64,000 nt of DNA from Eledone cirrhosa (Eukaryota). The notes under the pieces are model-generated. The model had not been told where the DNA came from and searched no databases. It saw only the letters and a list, made by a program, of their open reading frames with translations. The DNA is taken from positions 418,934,001 to 418,998,000 of the forward strand of contig OZ024740.1 in NCBI GenBank assembly GCA_964016885.1. The letters are read 5' to 3'. This document shows, piece after piece, positions 11,984 through 23,328 of this stretch. Both the position numbers and the translations under genes were made by a program. Position 1 is the first letter of the stretch, and each line of letters opens with the position of its first letter.

Positions 11984-12826
11984 TTGTAGATAGATAGATT
12001 ATCTTTTTTTTTATTTCGGAAGTGTACTTTACAATTTCTCTGCAGGGCGTGGCTGAGGCACAGCTCAGACTGGGCTGTAGTGTCTGTCCCTCCCCTTCTC
12101 CTTTTCTTTCATTGCTTGATTCTTTTTTTTTTTTTTACTTTTCTTTTTTTTTCTTCTCTTTTTCTTCCTTTTTATTTCCTTTAACAGTGTGTTTTGTTTT
12201 TATAAGATATGCTCAATATTTTTTATGTAATTATATTCTAGAAATAAAAGTTTATTTACAACTGAAAAAAAAGCAAAAGAAAAAAGATGTGTACTTGTTT
12301 GGCAAATGAGTTTCTTAACTTGTTCCATAGTTTTAAGAAATCATATTTTAGAAGTCTCTTTGTTTGGAAGATAAATGGTATTAGCTATTTAAACTAAAAT
12401 TCCATAATTTAGATGTAGTTCCATAAAGATTTTAAAAAAAGACAAATTGGTAACTATAATTGTTTCTACTTTTTGGCACAAGGCCAGCAATTACCCAGTG
12501 CATTACTGGTACTTTATTTTATCGAATGACTTCAAACATGCATATTTCAGACACACAGGCCAGTTAAGGAAGAATACATTGATTGTTTTTGTTTTGAACC
12601 TTTTCTGCTTCACTTGTATGTATGTATGTACCATCATCATCATTAGCATCATCATTGCTTACCATTCATTTTACACACTAGCATGGGTTAGAAAGGTTGT
12701 CCCATTTGAGGCAAGTTGGGCCAGGTGACTGTGTCTTACTCATATAGAACTTTGTGCATGTATGTATGCATGTTTGTACGTATGTATGTGTGTATGTATG
12801 TATGTATGTGTGTATGTGTGTATATG

Positions 12827-13436
12827 TCAGGTCACCAGTTGGTGCTACTGGTAACATGTACCCCAGTACAACCTGTCTCATGGTCGAGTCGTTGGCGACT
12901 AAACTGGCAACTCCACCAAGGTTTCTTGGTGAGGAGGGTGACTTTGGACATCCTGCAGGACTAAAAACAAAACCTGTCAAAGGGCAAAGGAGCTCTTAAG
13001 AGTCAATGGCCATCCAAAATCACCGAGAGAGATGACCCCTTAGCCTTTGTCAAGGCAGAATTCTAGGAGAAGGAAAACTCTGATATAACACCTGCAACCC
13101 TGATGGTATCCAATGATGTTGAATTGTTCTTCTTTTTGGTAAATATCATCTTGGTTAAGAGAGTGGGACTGGCTTTGTGCAGTGCCTTTGCTCACTATAA
13201 AAGCTTCATGGCACAGACATTGCTTTATATCTGGAGATCTCTCTGCACTTGTCGTCACATGGTACCATGGGCCCAGCACTATGTGTCAATAATTGTCACA
13301 AGTGTAGTGTTTGTACCAGAGTTTTCAAGTTGCTGGCTGGACTAGAAAGTCACACTCGTTCAGCGCATCGGTAGGGGTTCTCCTACATGGATATAAAGTA
13401 GTGGCCGTACTCGTAAACGAGTTGGCAGCCACCATA
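12827..13436 (+). mobile_element. Internally deleted (bipartite) RTE-like element: 5'UTR joined to ORF C-terminus
   Basis: RTE-like 5'UTR motif ggagaaggaaaactctgat. 13261-13374 reads ...HKCSVCTRVFKLLAGLESHTRSAHR*, a C2H2 motif like RTE C-termini. Flanked by (TATG)n. Confidence 0.5.
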
Positions 13437-13956
13437 TGTGTATGTATGCATGTTTTTACGTATGTATGTATTAAATGATAGATAAGTTTTAGAAAGTCAA
13501 TACAATGCAGTAGAAATATATAAAGACAAATGATGACAAATAAAATAAAATAAAATAAAAAGTACTGTTTCACATTTGAAAAGAGGGTATTAGCTCTGAA
13601 ATATTATGTTGAAATATAGCAGGTAAAGCTTAATTTGTTTTGTTTTATTTCTCACCCTTTACCCTTTATATATTTCTACCACATTGTACTGGCTTTCTGA
13701 AACTTATGTGTCTTTCAACAAAAACAATTATTAATGCATTTGCAAGAAAGGACATTTTAATATCTTTGGGTTGTAAAGATAGCTTTTGATAGTTTTTAGG
13801 TTGGTTTGATTAGTATGTTGATTCCATTTAATCTTACTGTGATGTGTACAGCTGAGGTAGGGGGGGGGGGGGGTAGTAAAGTCAAGTAAATAAAATAAAT
13901 AAATAAAAGTCCAGCAACAAAAAGGAAGAGGAAAAAAAGACAGATTATAATAATAA

Positions 13957-14310
13957 TTGTCTTTTTTTTCCTCTTCTTGCATTTTGTTGCTGGACTTTTT
14001 TATTCATTCTTTTTCTTTCTTTCTTCCTTTGTTTGTTTGTTTGTTTCTTTCTTTATTTTTTCTTTATTTTTATTATTATTTTTCTTTCTTTTTCCTTTTT
14101 CTTTCTTTCTTCCTTTCTTTTTTCTTTCTCTCTTTCTTTCTTTATTTATTTCTTTATCTATTTTTTTCTTTCTTTACTGTTTCTTCTTTCTTTTTCTTCT
14201 TTCTTTTTCTTCTTTCTTTTTCTTCTTTCTTTTCCTTCTTTCTTTCTTCCTTTCTTTCTTTCTTTCTTTCTCCTTTCCATTCTCCTTTTCTTTATCCCTT
14301 CCTTTCTATA
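13957..14310. repeat. Low-complexity polypyrimidine (TTTC-rich) tract
   Basis: Directly visible in the sequence. Confidence 0.9.
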
Positions 14311-14921
14311 TCCAGCATAGTGGGAGTTAATTTAGACAGTATTAAACTAATTCAGTAATTATGATTATAAGATTTTTTTTTTTTAAATAATAATAATAAA
14401 AGATTTCATAACAAAGAAATATCTAAAAAAATTCCAACTGGAGGCAGGAAAAAGAGGGGGGGGGGGGGGTAAACAGAAGAAATAAAGATAACAAGAAAAT
14501 TATTTATTTTGTTAATAATCTATTATCTTAAATAGAATCTATTAGTTGTAATATCCTGGCCTTTTTGTTCTTTTATCTCTCTAACAACTTGTAGTCAGTG
14601 ATAAGACATAGGCTTACTCAACAGGGAGAGGGGGGGGGACTTCCTACACCATAATTAGTCGTAGCAAACCATTTTTCACCAAAAGTGCTCAACAAATATT
14701 TATAAAACTATGAATTATTTTAGGCTGTGATTTAAATTTATAGAGTGAAAGAATTGATGGAATATATGAGTAGCAGCAATAGCTGGGGTTTAACCCTGTG
14801 ATGGATTGGCATCCTGTCCAGGGGAGTGAGTCTTGTACTCTCAGTCACTTCATGCCATGGAAACCAGGGATAAGCACTGGTCTGATGAGTTTCTGGGTAC
14901 AAGACAAATAGCATAATAGAA

Positions 14922-15245
14922 GGTGCGTGGCTTTGTGGTTAGAGTATTCGGCTCACAATCGTGTAAGGTTGTGAGTTCTATTCCCCAGCAGCATGTTGGG
15001 TCCTTGAACCAGACACTTTATTTTATGTTGCCCCATTCCATTCAGCATGCAAAAATGCGTTATACCTGAAATTAGAAGGGCCAGCCGTGTCACATTCTGT
15101 GTCATGCTGAATCTCCCTGAGAACTACGTTAAAGGTATGCGTGTTTGTGGAATGCTCAGCCACTTGCACATTAATTTCATTAGCAGGTTGTTCTGTTGAT
15201 CGTATCAACAGGAATACTCGTCATCATAACCGACGGAGTACCACT
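14922..15245 (+). mobile_element. Full-length tRNA-derived SINE
   Basis: A-box tggctttgtggttag, B-box-like gagttctattcc, body shared with the 7757 copy, short (ACT) tail. Confidence 0.7.
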
Positions 15246-15434
15246 ACTAATAGAAGCACTAAATTGAAAACATTGAAAAATTCCTTTGCAAAGATCCTTA
15301 AAAAGTACCTCAATAATAAACCTCAATAATATTTTCATTTTTTTTTTTGTTTTGGTATTTAATCCTAGAGCTCAACTTCCTTTATTATCATATAACAAAT
15401 ATCTACAATTAAATAGAAGTACATACATAAACTT

Positions 15435-15660
15435 TTAACCCTTAAGCATTTAAACTGGCCATATCCAGCCAGAATTCTCTCACTTCTTTTTGATCAAACC
15501 AGCCATAACTGGCTGCTCATACTTATGTTAAGGTATTTTTCTCAAAATAAATAATATCAAAATCTCATAGATTCGATATTATGTGAGATATTATGAGATA
15601 ATGCCTTTACCGTGAAAGTACAATAGTATACATAGAGTAATGTAAATGCTAAATGGTTAA
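15435..15660 (+). mobile_element. piggyBac-like MITE
   Basis: TTAA-CCCTTAAGCATTTA ... TAAATGCTAAATGG-TTAA. Confidence 0.7.
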
Positions 15661-15871
15661 ACTACAGTCTTCAGAATACTGTCAGGGGTTTTCTGATTTC
15701 CCAGACTAATCTTATCACTAATTTAATATCTACTTTATTAGGTTGTACTCTCAGTCACTTCATGTCATGAAACTGGGATAAACAACAGCCTAATGAGGTT
15801 TCTGGTTTGAAACAGACTTTAGGCTTAGACATATTTTATCAACATCAGAAGAATGAAGGTTAAAAGCAGCC

Positions 15872-16259
15872 TCAACCCTTTAGCATTCAAACTGGCTATA
15901 TCCGGCCAGAATTCTCTCACCTCTTTCTGTTCAAACTGGCTGTAACTGGTTGCTCATACTGATATTAAGGTATTGTTCTCAAAATAAATAATATCAAAAT
16001 CTCTCTAAAGAAACACGGTATGTTTCTAGATAAACATTTAGAAAGCTGTAGCTGAGTGGGTGGGACCATCCTCATGAGAACCAGTTAAGTTTGAAATGCA
16101 TTGACGATTGTCCACCTTGCTTCTGCTGGACACCACCAGAGAGCGATAGCCCCCCCCCCCCCCCCACTCCAGTGTTTTGTGAGACAATTATGCGAGGTAA
16201 AGCCTTTACTGTGAAAATACAATAGTAAATATAGTGTAATGTAAATGCTAAATGGTTAA
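15872..16259 (+). mobile_element. piggyBac-like MITE interrupted by a ~180-bp insertion
   Basis: Same ends and body as 15435-15660, with foreign sequence at about 16005-16180. Confidence 0.65.
16059..16116 (+). ncRNA. Degenerate minimal type-I hammerhead-like motif (Penelope-like relic)
   Basis: ggtgggaccatc-CTCATGA-gaac..gttt-GAAA-tgca-tt-gacgattgtccacc. The core has G5C, and tgca could be CpG-decayed cgcg. Confidence 0.4.
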
Positions 16260-16586
16260 ATTCAGAATATAAAAGGATGTTTCTAAATACCTCAAACTAT
16301 TTACTTGGTTACTCTACTATTTTTCTCACCAAACTACACTACCCTTGTGTGTTATAATTGGTTAGATGAGCATGTAATGCTGCCATCATGATATTTTGTG
16401 TGAAAGTTGGTAGGGAAAACTGTCTGACCCACTTTTAATACAAGAATTATAGAAATCAACTAGGGTAATGAAATTGTTAACATTTAAGATCTTGATTAAA
16501 TATAGACATGTTAGTCAAATAATGTTTTTCTAACTAATTACTTCTAATATGTACTCTACCTTAAAGATAACATTTTGGCAGTGATA

Positions 16587-16771
16587 TACCAGGGTTGGTT
16601 GAAAAGTTCATAGGCTAATCAAGATACTCTCATGGAATGACCAAATGAGGTTTATTTTCCAATATAGTATAGTCCCTGGAGATAAACAATACAGTTATTA
16701 ATAAGAAAAGTTGAAATTAATTCCTGCAATATTTCACTCCTTCATAGTCAGCCTATGAACTTTTCATCTCA

Positions 16772-16779
<8 letters not shown>
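16587..16779. mobile_element. Tc1/mariner-like non-autonomous element
   Basis: TA-flanked TIRs ...tgaaaagttcataggct / agcctatgaacttttca... Confidence 0.7.
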
Positions 16780-16837
<58 letters not shown>

Positions 16838-16996
16838 ATATTAATAAATGGAAACTATATTTATAAAACCATAATTATTTTATTATATATATTTCAAGGG
16901 CGACCAAGGTAAATTATGGTGCGCTTTCATCAGATAAAATACAGATTTGTTTTCTAAATAAATATTGACATACCCGGAAAAAAGACAACCTCAACG

Positions 16997-17350
16997 GTTG
17001 AAATTCGCTGGATATCCAGCGAATTTCAACTGTTATAAAGTGAAGTTGGGCGTTGTTTGTTTGTTTGTTTGGTGTCCCGAACTTGCAGGCTACACCGTTC
17101 ATCCAATTTTCATGAAACTTGACACATATATAAAACTCGACCCGTAGATTGGAATAGGCTACTTGAAATTTTCAAAAAATCGATAATCGGATCCCCAGAG
17201 GCAAAAATCGATATTTTCAGAATTCGTCTGGGGAAGATTTAACATGTAAATAGTTAAAAATACCCAGGAGGAGCAATGAATGTGTAAAACAGATACAGAG
17301 GCACTTCACAGAAAACATCTTCATTCATCGAAATAAACAATTTTTCAAAA
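16997..17350 (+). mobile_element. Possible Helentron/DINE-like non-autonomous element
   Basis: 34-bp perfect palindrome, then ataaagtgaa-(GTTT)n-...catccaattttcatgaaacttgacaca, an architecture resembling DINE-1/HINE. Boundaries are uncertain. Confidence 0.35.
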
Positions 17351-17554
17351 TTAGTTACAGCTATGACAAAGGTTTATATAAAGGAAATAAGCTAGGATTG
17401 GAGAATCCTAGATTTACCAATACAATAGAGATACATATATAGTAACACCAGTAATGTACTGGGGTTGATTTAATCGACTTGCTCCTCCCTCAAAATTGCT
17501 GGTCTTGTGCCTAAACCAGAAACCATTATTTTCTATGGCAAACTAAATACAGTA

Positions 17555-17587
<33 letters not shown>

Positions 17588-17800
17588 GAATGCCATGGTT
17601 GACGGAGGCTCGGCTCTGTAAGGTATAGTAATTTTTAACCGTTAAAACAATTGTAAATTGTTTAAAACTTGAACCAAATTGTTGATAAAGACACCCTCCT
17701 CCTCGTGAGAGGGGTCTTTCTGTCCGTTATTTGGCCCTTCGGGGTTAAATAACCAGTTATTGGGGTTTTGTACCCAAAATTTCATTTTAAACAAAAAAAC

Positions 17801-19873
17801 ATGGCTACCAAAAAGAAATTTCATACGTCACTCCCACTCATTCCGTCTTCTTCTTCCTCAATCATCACTACAGCAGAGAGAAGATTGTCTCTCTCCCTCC
17901 CTTCTTTAAATGTGTCTCTCTCCCTCCCTTCTCTTTCGCAAGCGACGAAAGAAAATAAAAGTCTCGTGCAAAGCGTGCAAGGTTTCTCCACGACGACGAC
18001 GACAGCGACGAAACAGGTGTGCGGGAAATACGAAAACCCAGTTCATTCGTCTGACGTCAGGAATAATAGCAGTAGCAGCCGTAATAACAACAGCAACAGT
18101 GACAATGAAAACAACAGTAGCAGCCGCAACAGCATCACCAGCAGCATAAACAACAACAGCATTAGCAGCAACAGCGGCGGAGGCAGTAGTCGTAGTACCT
18201 GCAGCAACAACAAAAGTACCAGCAGCTCTGACGACAACAACAACAGCAGAGAAAAACCAATCTCATTTGCAGGTATTGCGAAAAACCTGGAAACAATCCT
18301 CATAACAAATGAGGAATTAGAGGAAGCGAAGAAGATGGTGACAAAGAACGGACACCGAGCAATCTGCAAGGCAGCGAAAAATTTTTTCGAAACCCAAGAG
18401 CACTGTACGGTCACGTACCGTACAGTAAGTACAAAATCCCGTAGGGTGGAAAGAGCCACAGAGGCCCAAATACAAAAAGCCTTGGGGTCTGTGTGGCAGA
18501 GGAAAACGCACATCACCCGAGGCAAAAAATACGCCACCGTAGACGTACTTTTTGCCACACCCCAGGAGGCAAAGGCCCAATCAGTAGTGACCCTAAGGAG
18601 CGAGGAAATGGTGTTGGTGCCCTCCTACTGCGGGCAAAAAATTGTGAGGGTCAAACTGACCCACGTCCCCCCCGGAATGACCCCTTCTTGGCTGGCCGCG
18701 TCTGTCCTCGTCGGAATCGAGGACAAAACAACTGTACTGCAAGTACAGAAAAAAGTAAGAGAAGATTGGGTCGGCTCCTCCATTGAGATGCTAATCCAAA
18801 CCAACCAGGAGTGCATCGAAGCTATCCCGGATGTGATAGACTTCGATAACGGCACTCAACTGCCCATAAGTGTTGAGGGCAAACGCCCGAAATGCTTTCG
18901 CTGTGGATCGAAGACTCACCTCAGGGCCTTCTGCAACGAGAAGACCATGAGAAAGGAGAAAACCCCCCTCCTCCCGAATCCGGTTCCACGGCTACCAGCA
19001 ACAGGACAAGCGGCAACCAGGAACGATAGGTCCGTGGCACCCATACCCACTCCACGGAAATCAAAGACAGCAGCAGCAGTGGAAATATTAACAACAACAA
19101 CAGCAATACCAAATGCAGCTGCAACAGAGACTCCAGTGCAAACATCACCAACAACAACAAGTGAAAGAGTGGAGCTGGTACCCCTCCCCGACCTTACAGA
19201 ATCAGACATGGAGTGTGAGGTGGGAGAGGGATGGCAAAAGGTCTCAAGAAGGCACAAACGCAGAAGCAGCGCATCGTCGCCTTTGAAAAGGGAGGAAAGA
19301 AATGAGAAAAGGGTAAAGTCTACTGCAAAGAGACCCACAGCAGCAACACCACCAACACCATCACCACCCACACCAGCACCACCATCACCACCGGCGACAA
19401 CCCCACCGCCAACAACACCTTCAACACCACCACCACAAGCACCAACATCGCAAACACAACAACAAAACACACACACCCAGCAACAACGACAAGAAAATAG
19501 CAGAACCACACCCCACCCCCAGAAAAACAAATGCACGGCAATAAACACACACAACAAGAAACTAATGACTTACATAATTGAACACACAGACATTTCACAA
19601 CAGGACTACATAATACCAGCACCAATCAAAACGCCAACTAACATAAGACTGCTAAAAATAGCACAGAAACAATACACAAACATTAAAACGAAATTCCCCA
19701 ACGCTGTTGGTGATTTCAGGGACCTAGGAGGAACCATTAATCGAAGAGTATATTCAGACATTCTCTTAGAAGAGCCGACGACCAGCCGAAGGGACGATTC
19801 AACGGTCCCTTCACCAGACGATCAAGTGAAAAGGGATGTAAAAACCATCCCTCCTCTACCAAAAGTACGGTAA
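17801..19873 (+). CDS. LINE ORF1 (gag-like nucleic-acid-binding protein), 690 aa from first ATG
   Basis: CCHC knuckle CFRCGSKTHLRAFC, SFAGIAK and GWQKVSRRHKRR motifs, Ser/Asn- and Pro/Thr-rich linkers; lies directly upstream of ORF2. Confidence 0.88.
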   Translation: MATKKKFHTSLPLIPSSSSSIITTAERRLSLSLPSLNVSLSLPSLSQATKENKSLVQSVQGFSTTTTTATKQVCGKYENPVHSSDVRNNSSSSRNNNSNSDNENNSSSRNSITSSINNNSISSNSGGGSSRSTCSNNKSTSSSDDNNNSREKPISFAGIAKNLETILITNEELEEAKKMVTKNGHRAICKAAKNFFETQEHCTVTYRTVSTKSRRVERATEAQIQKALGSVWQRKTHITRGKKYATVDVLFATPQEAKAQSVVTLRSEEMVLVPSYCGQKIVRVKLTHVPPGMTPSWLAASVLVGIEDKTTVLQVQKKVREDWVGSSIEMLIQTNQECIEAIPDVIDFDNGTQLPISVEGKRPKCFRCGSKTHLRAFCNEKTMRKEKTPLLPNPVPRLPATGQAATRNDRSVAPIPTPRKSKTAAAVEILTTTTAIPNAAATETPVQTSPTTTSERVELVPLPDLTESDMECEVGEGWQKVSRRHKRRSSASSPLKREERNEKRVKSTAKRPTAATPPTPSPPTPAPPSPPATTPPPTTPSTPPPQAPTSQTQQQNTHTQQQRQENSRTTPHPQKNKCTAINTHNKKLMTYIIEHTDISQQDYIIPAPIKTPTNIRLLKIAQKQYTNIKTKFPNAVGDFRDLGGTINRRVYSDILLEEPTTSRRDDSTVPSPDDQVKRDVKTIPPLPKVR

Positions 19874-19908
19874 GTGGTCTTTCCCATCTTTTCCACTCTA
19901 TTTTAAAC

Positions 19909-22900
19909 ATGACCTCACTCAGAATAGGCAGCATAAATGCGCGTGGCTTGGGGTCGTCATGGAAGCAGGGTCACCTGCTCAACGACCTCAGGTCACTAAA
20001 CATAGATGTAGTGGCCATCAGCGAGACCAGAATCTCCGAAGCACGGGCCTTCGCACCGATCTTCGGCGGCTACGATGTGTACGCATCTCCCAGCCGTCCT
20101 GGATCGGGTGGAGGAGTTGCTGTGCTTTTTCGGAGAGGTTTGGATCTCGCCATACGGGCCATCTTCCTGGACCCAGAGGGTAAGCTGGTGGTGCTGGACG
20201 TGACCAGCGGAGACGGGCAAGCTTTCAGGCTAGTGGCCGTCTATGCCCCGACAGGAGCAGGGCGGCCTGATTTCTTCCGGCGTCTGGAGACCTTTCTTGG
20301 AACGTCCCGCTCTTTAGTGTTAGTGGGCGACTGGAACGGGATCTTAGATGCACGCTGGGACTGTGTGGGATTAGCGGATAGGGGTGGAGGGTGCAAGAGC
20401 CTCACCAACCTGCTCAGGCGTTTTGAACTGTCTGACAGGTACCGATTGGATTTCCCGAATGTGCCAATGTGGACTTGGACAAACCGCATAGGGTCATCCA
20501 GATCATATCTAGATAGAGTATTTTGTAGGGAAATAGATAGGTCTAGCATAGGCTGTCCACAATTCAAGATAGTCAGCTACACGGACCACAAATTCGTGAC
20601 CTGTGTGCTTGACTTAGATAGGCTTCATAGACGAGGACCCGGCTACTGGAAGCTAAACGCGTCCTTACCAGCGCGCAAGGCCTACAGAGACCGGATTAGC
20701 GAACTAGTTAAGCGGGCGTTGACGGGGGCCATCGTCAACAACAAGTGGTGGTTTGCTCTGAAAAGAGCGATTAGAATAGAATCGATTAGGTTTAGTAAGG
20801 CTTTAGCAATAGAGAAAAATAGAGCAGAGGGAGAACTAGTTAGAAAATTAGACGAGGCGCTTAGCAAAGGCATTGCGACCGACGTGCTTGCGGCGAAATT
20901 GGCCCTTGACCAATTCTTCAATGCAAAGCACGAAGGCTGCGTTGTCAGAGCTAGGGTGCGTGCTCTCAGACACGAGGGGACGAAAGCCGTTCAATGGGCC
21001 CGAGTGGCGGAGGCGCGTCGTGGCAACAAAGCCACGATCCGGTCTTTGGTGGACCACGACGGGCGCATGCTACTCGATCCCGGGCAAATGTGTGAAGCTT
21101 TTCAGCGACACTTCGCTCAGCTGTTCGGGGGCAGCGGGGGGCCGGGTAGAGGGATGGACTTTAGTGTCTACCTCGACGGACTGCCGCGGCTCTCGGCCAC
21201 TGAGGCGAGGTGTTGCGAAAAGCCGATAACAGCCGCTGAAATACGGGAGGCAATGACTGGCTGCACAAGGGGTAAATCGCCTGGTTTGGATGGTCTGCCC
21301 TATGAACTTTACGTACAGATGCCAGACTTGTTCGGAGGCCTCTTGGCGGACGTCTACTGCAACTGGCAACAGAACGGGAGAATTCCCAGTTCTGTGAGCC
21401 GAGGAGCGGTGGCACTGCTGAGAAAGGATCCGAACAAGGGGGATAACATAGACAATTTCCGGCCCATAACTCTGCTAAACACAGAGTTTAAGATTTTGGC
21501 CAAGGTGCTAGCAAAGAGGTTGGCGCTTGTCGTTGGTGGTCTGGTGGGAGAGGCGCAGACATGCGCCATCCCCGACAGATCCATCCACGACAACCTCCAC
21601 CTCATGCGATACATCGTAGAGAGGGTAGCTAGGGAACCTGGCACGGGTGGGTCCTTGATCAATTTAGATCAGTCGAAAGCTTTCGATAGGGTCGACCATC
21701 GTTACCTAGCGGCAGTCCTGAGGGCGGCTGGCTTTGGGCCCGTCTTCAGAGGCTGGATCGCTGCCATGCACAGCGACATCTGCTCTGTGGTGAGAGTGAA
21801 CGGTCACCTGTCGGAACCGTTCAACATCATGCGCTCGGTCCGCCAAGGATGTCCCCTCTCGTCCCTCTTGTACGTATTGACTCTCGAGCCATTACTGCAC
21901 AAACTGGAGACGTTGAGGGGAGTCCCGCGCGAACTAGGATGCGGAAGATCCGTGTCAGCATATGCCGACGATGTCACCGTAGTGGTGTCGAACGCCAAAC
22001 ACATCGAGGCGATCGGCACTACACTAAGAGAATACGAAGCGGTGACAGGAGCAATGATCAACCAGGAAAAGTCAGTGGGCCTGCAGCTCGGCACCTGGAG
22101 AGGCAGGTCCATGCCGTCCAACAGCGTCGTCGGGCGCTGGACGGACGGACCGGTTAAATTGCTAGGGGTCTGGTTCGGTCCGGACCTCCAGACGGACAAA
22201 AACTGGGACGAGGTGACGAGCAGGGTGGCTTCTCTCACCCAGAAATGGGCGGAGAGGAAGCTATCCCTGAAAGGTCGAGCGGAGGTGGCTAACGCGTACA
22301 TCGCGTCTGTCATCTGCTACCGCCTAACCGTCGTACCTTGTCCTAAGCCTCGCCTGACTGCGCTGGAGCGTTTGCTCTTTCGCTTTTTGTGGAAGGGACG
22401 TGCTCCGATGGTCAGGCGGTCCATCTGTTGTCAACACCCGCTACGTGGAGGGCTGGGCATGCCGTGGCTGATGATGCGCAGGCACGCGCTCAGGCTACGA
22501 CATCTCCACCTCTTCCTCGACGGTGATCAGGTGTGGTCGCCGTTTGCTAGACGCGTTTTTCCCCAGCTCGTTTCCTTGACGGAGCTGCAGTCCTGGGTCA
22601 AGCGAAGACCGAGAGGGAGCGCCTGGAGACTGGAATGTCTTCAGGCGCTCACAGCCCTCGACCAATCGGGCAATGTGATCGGTGGAAACTCCACCTCGGC
22701 GTTCTATAGAGGATTAGTGGAGGGGAAGAGCGACGACGTACTTGGGGAAACTCTAGGCGTCGACGAAAATCAACTAGCCAATCTCTTCGGAAGAACTTTC
22801 GGGCCAGGGCCTATGGACAACTTCCAGAAATCTCTGGCCTGGCAGTGCTACCGAGGAGCCTTGCCAGTTCGGGATAAACTCTACAGGCATGGAGGTGCCG

Positions 22901-23328
22901 TCAGCCGGGCATGTCCGAGATGCGCGCAGGGCGACGAAACCGTCCTGCACGCACTCGTCCAGTGTCCGAAAATTGCTGACTTGTGGGTTTATGTCGAACA
23001 CCTGCTGTCGCGTTTAGGACGGATCCAGCTATCATCTGAGTCTATCGTGAGGATTGCCCCGCCCTCCTCCTTTAGCCGGGAAGGGCAGGCAGTTTTTATC
23101 TGTCTGGTGGCCATGGCGAAAGAGATAGTATGGTGGACACGTTTGAAAGGGCTGAAGACGAGCACTTACCTCTTCGGTGATGCTCTGATTGACTTTTTCA
23201 AATTTCATTTGAAAAGGAAAATCAGAGTAGAGAAGGAAGTCCTCTCTTCCCAGCATTTTGTTGAAAGATGGGTGAGAGAAGCAAGAATGGCCCGAGTGAA
23301 TGGGCCGACTCTGAGTATATATCTGTAA
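19909..23328 (+). CDS. LINE ORF2: APE endonuclease, reverse transcriptase and C-terminal CCHC (1139 aa)
   Basis: APE motifs SINARGL, ISETR, VYAP, GDWN, YLDRV, TDHK. RT motifs KSPGLDGL, FRPITLLN, DQSKAFDRV, RQGCPLS, YADD. Zinc finger CPRCAQGDETVLHALVQC. Confidence 0.97.
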   Translation: MTSLRIGSINARGLGSSWKQGHLLNDLRSLNIDVVAISETRISEARAFAPIFGGYDVYASPSRPGSGGGVAVLFRRGLDLAIRAIFLDPEGKLVVLDVTSGDGQAFRLVAVYAPTGAGRPDFFRRLETFLGTSRSLVLVGDWNGILDARWDCVGLADRGGGCKSLTNLLRRFELSDRYRLDFPNVPMWTWTNRIGSSRSYLDRVFCREIDRSSIGCPQFKIVSYTDHKFVTCVLDLDRLHRRGPGYWKLNASLPARKAYRDRISELVKRALTGAIVNNKWWFALKRAIRIESIRFSKALAIEKNRAEGELVRKLDEALSKGIATDVLAAKLALDQFFNAKHEGCVVRARVRALRHEGTKAVQWARVAEARRGNKATIRSLVDHDGRMLLDPGQMCEAFQRHFAQLFGGSGGPGRGMDFSVYLDGLPRLSATEARCCEKPITAAEIREAMTGCTRGKSPGLDGLPYELYVQMPDLFGGLLADVYCNWQQNGRIPSSVSRGAVALLRKDPNKGDNIDNFRPITLLNTEFKILAKVLAKRLALVVGGLVGEAQTCAIPDRSIHDNLHLMRYIVERVAREPGTGGSLINLDQSKAFDRVDHRYLAAVLRAAGFGPVFRGWIAAMHSDICSVVRVNGHLSEPFNIMRSVRQGCPLSSLLYVLTLEPLLHKLETLRGVPRELGCGRSVSAYADDVTVVVSNAKHIEAIGTTLREYEAVTGAMINQEKSVGLQLGTWRGRSMPSNSVVGRWTDGPVKLLGVWFGPDLQTDKNWDEVTSRVASLTQKWAERKLSLKGRAEVANAYIASVICYRLTVVPCPKPRLTALERLLFRFLWKGRAPMVRRSICCQHPLRGGLGMPWLMMRRHALRLRHLHLFLDGDQVWSPFARRVFPQLVSLTELQSWVKRRPRGSAWRLECLQALTALDQSGNVIGGNSTSAFYRGLVEGKSDDVLGETLGVDENQLANLFGRTFGPGPMDNFQKSLAWQCYRGALPVRDKLYRHGGAVSRACPRCAQGDETVLHALVQCPKIADLWVYVEHLLSRLGRIQLSSESIVRIAPPSSFSREGQAVFICLVAMAKEIVWWTRLKGLKTSTYLFGDALIDFFKFHLKRKIRVEKEVLSSQHFVERWVREARMARVNGPTLSIYL

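Noticed and set aside
17768-17800. TTG start for ORF1 given in the ORF track
   Set aside because: This is a eukaryotic element; the in-frame ATG at 17801 in good context (aaacATGG) is preferred.
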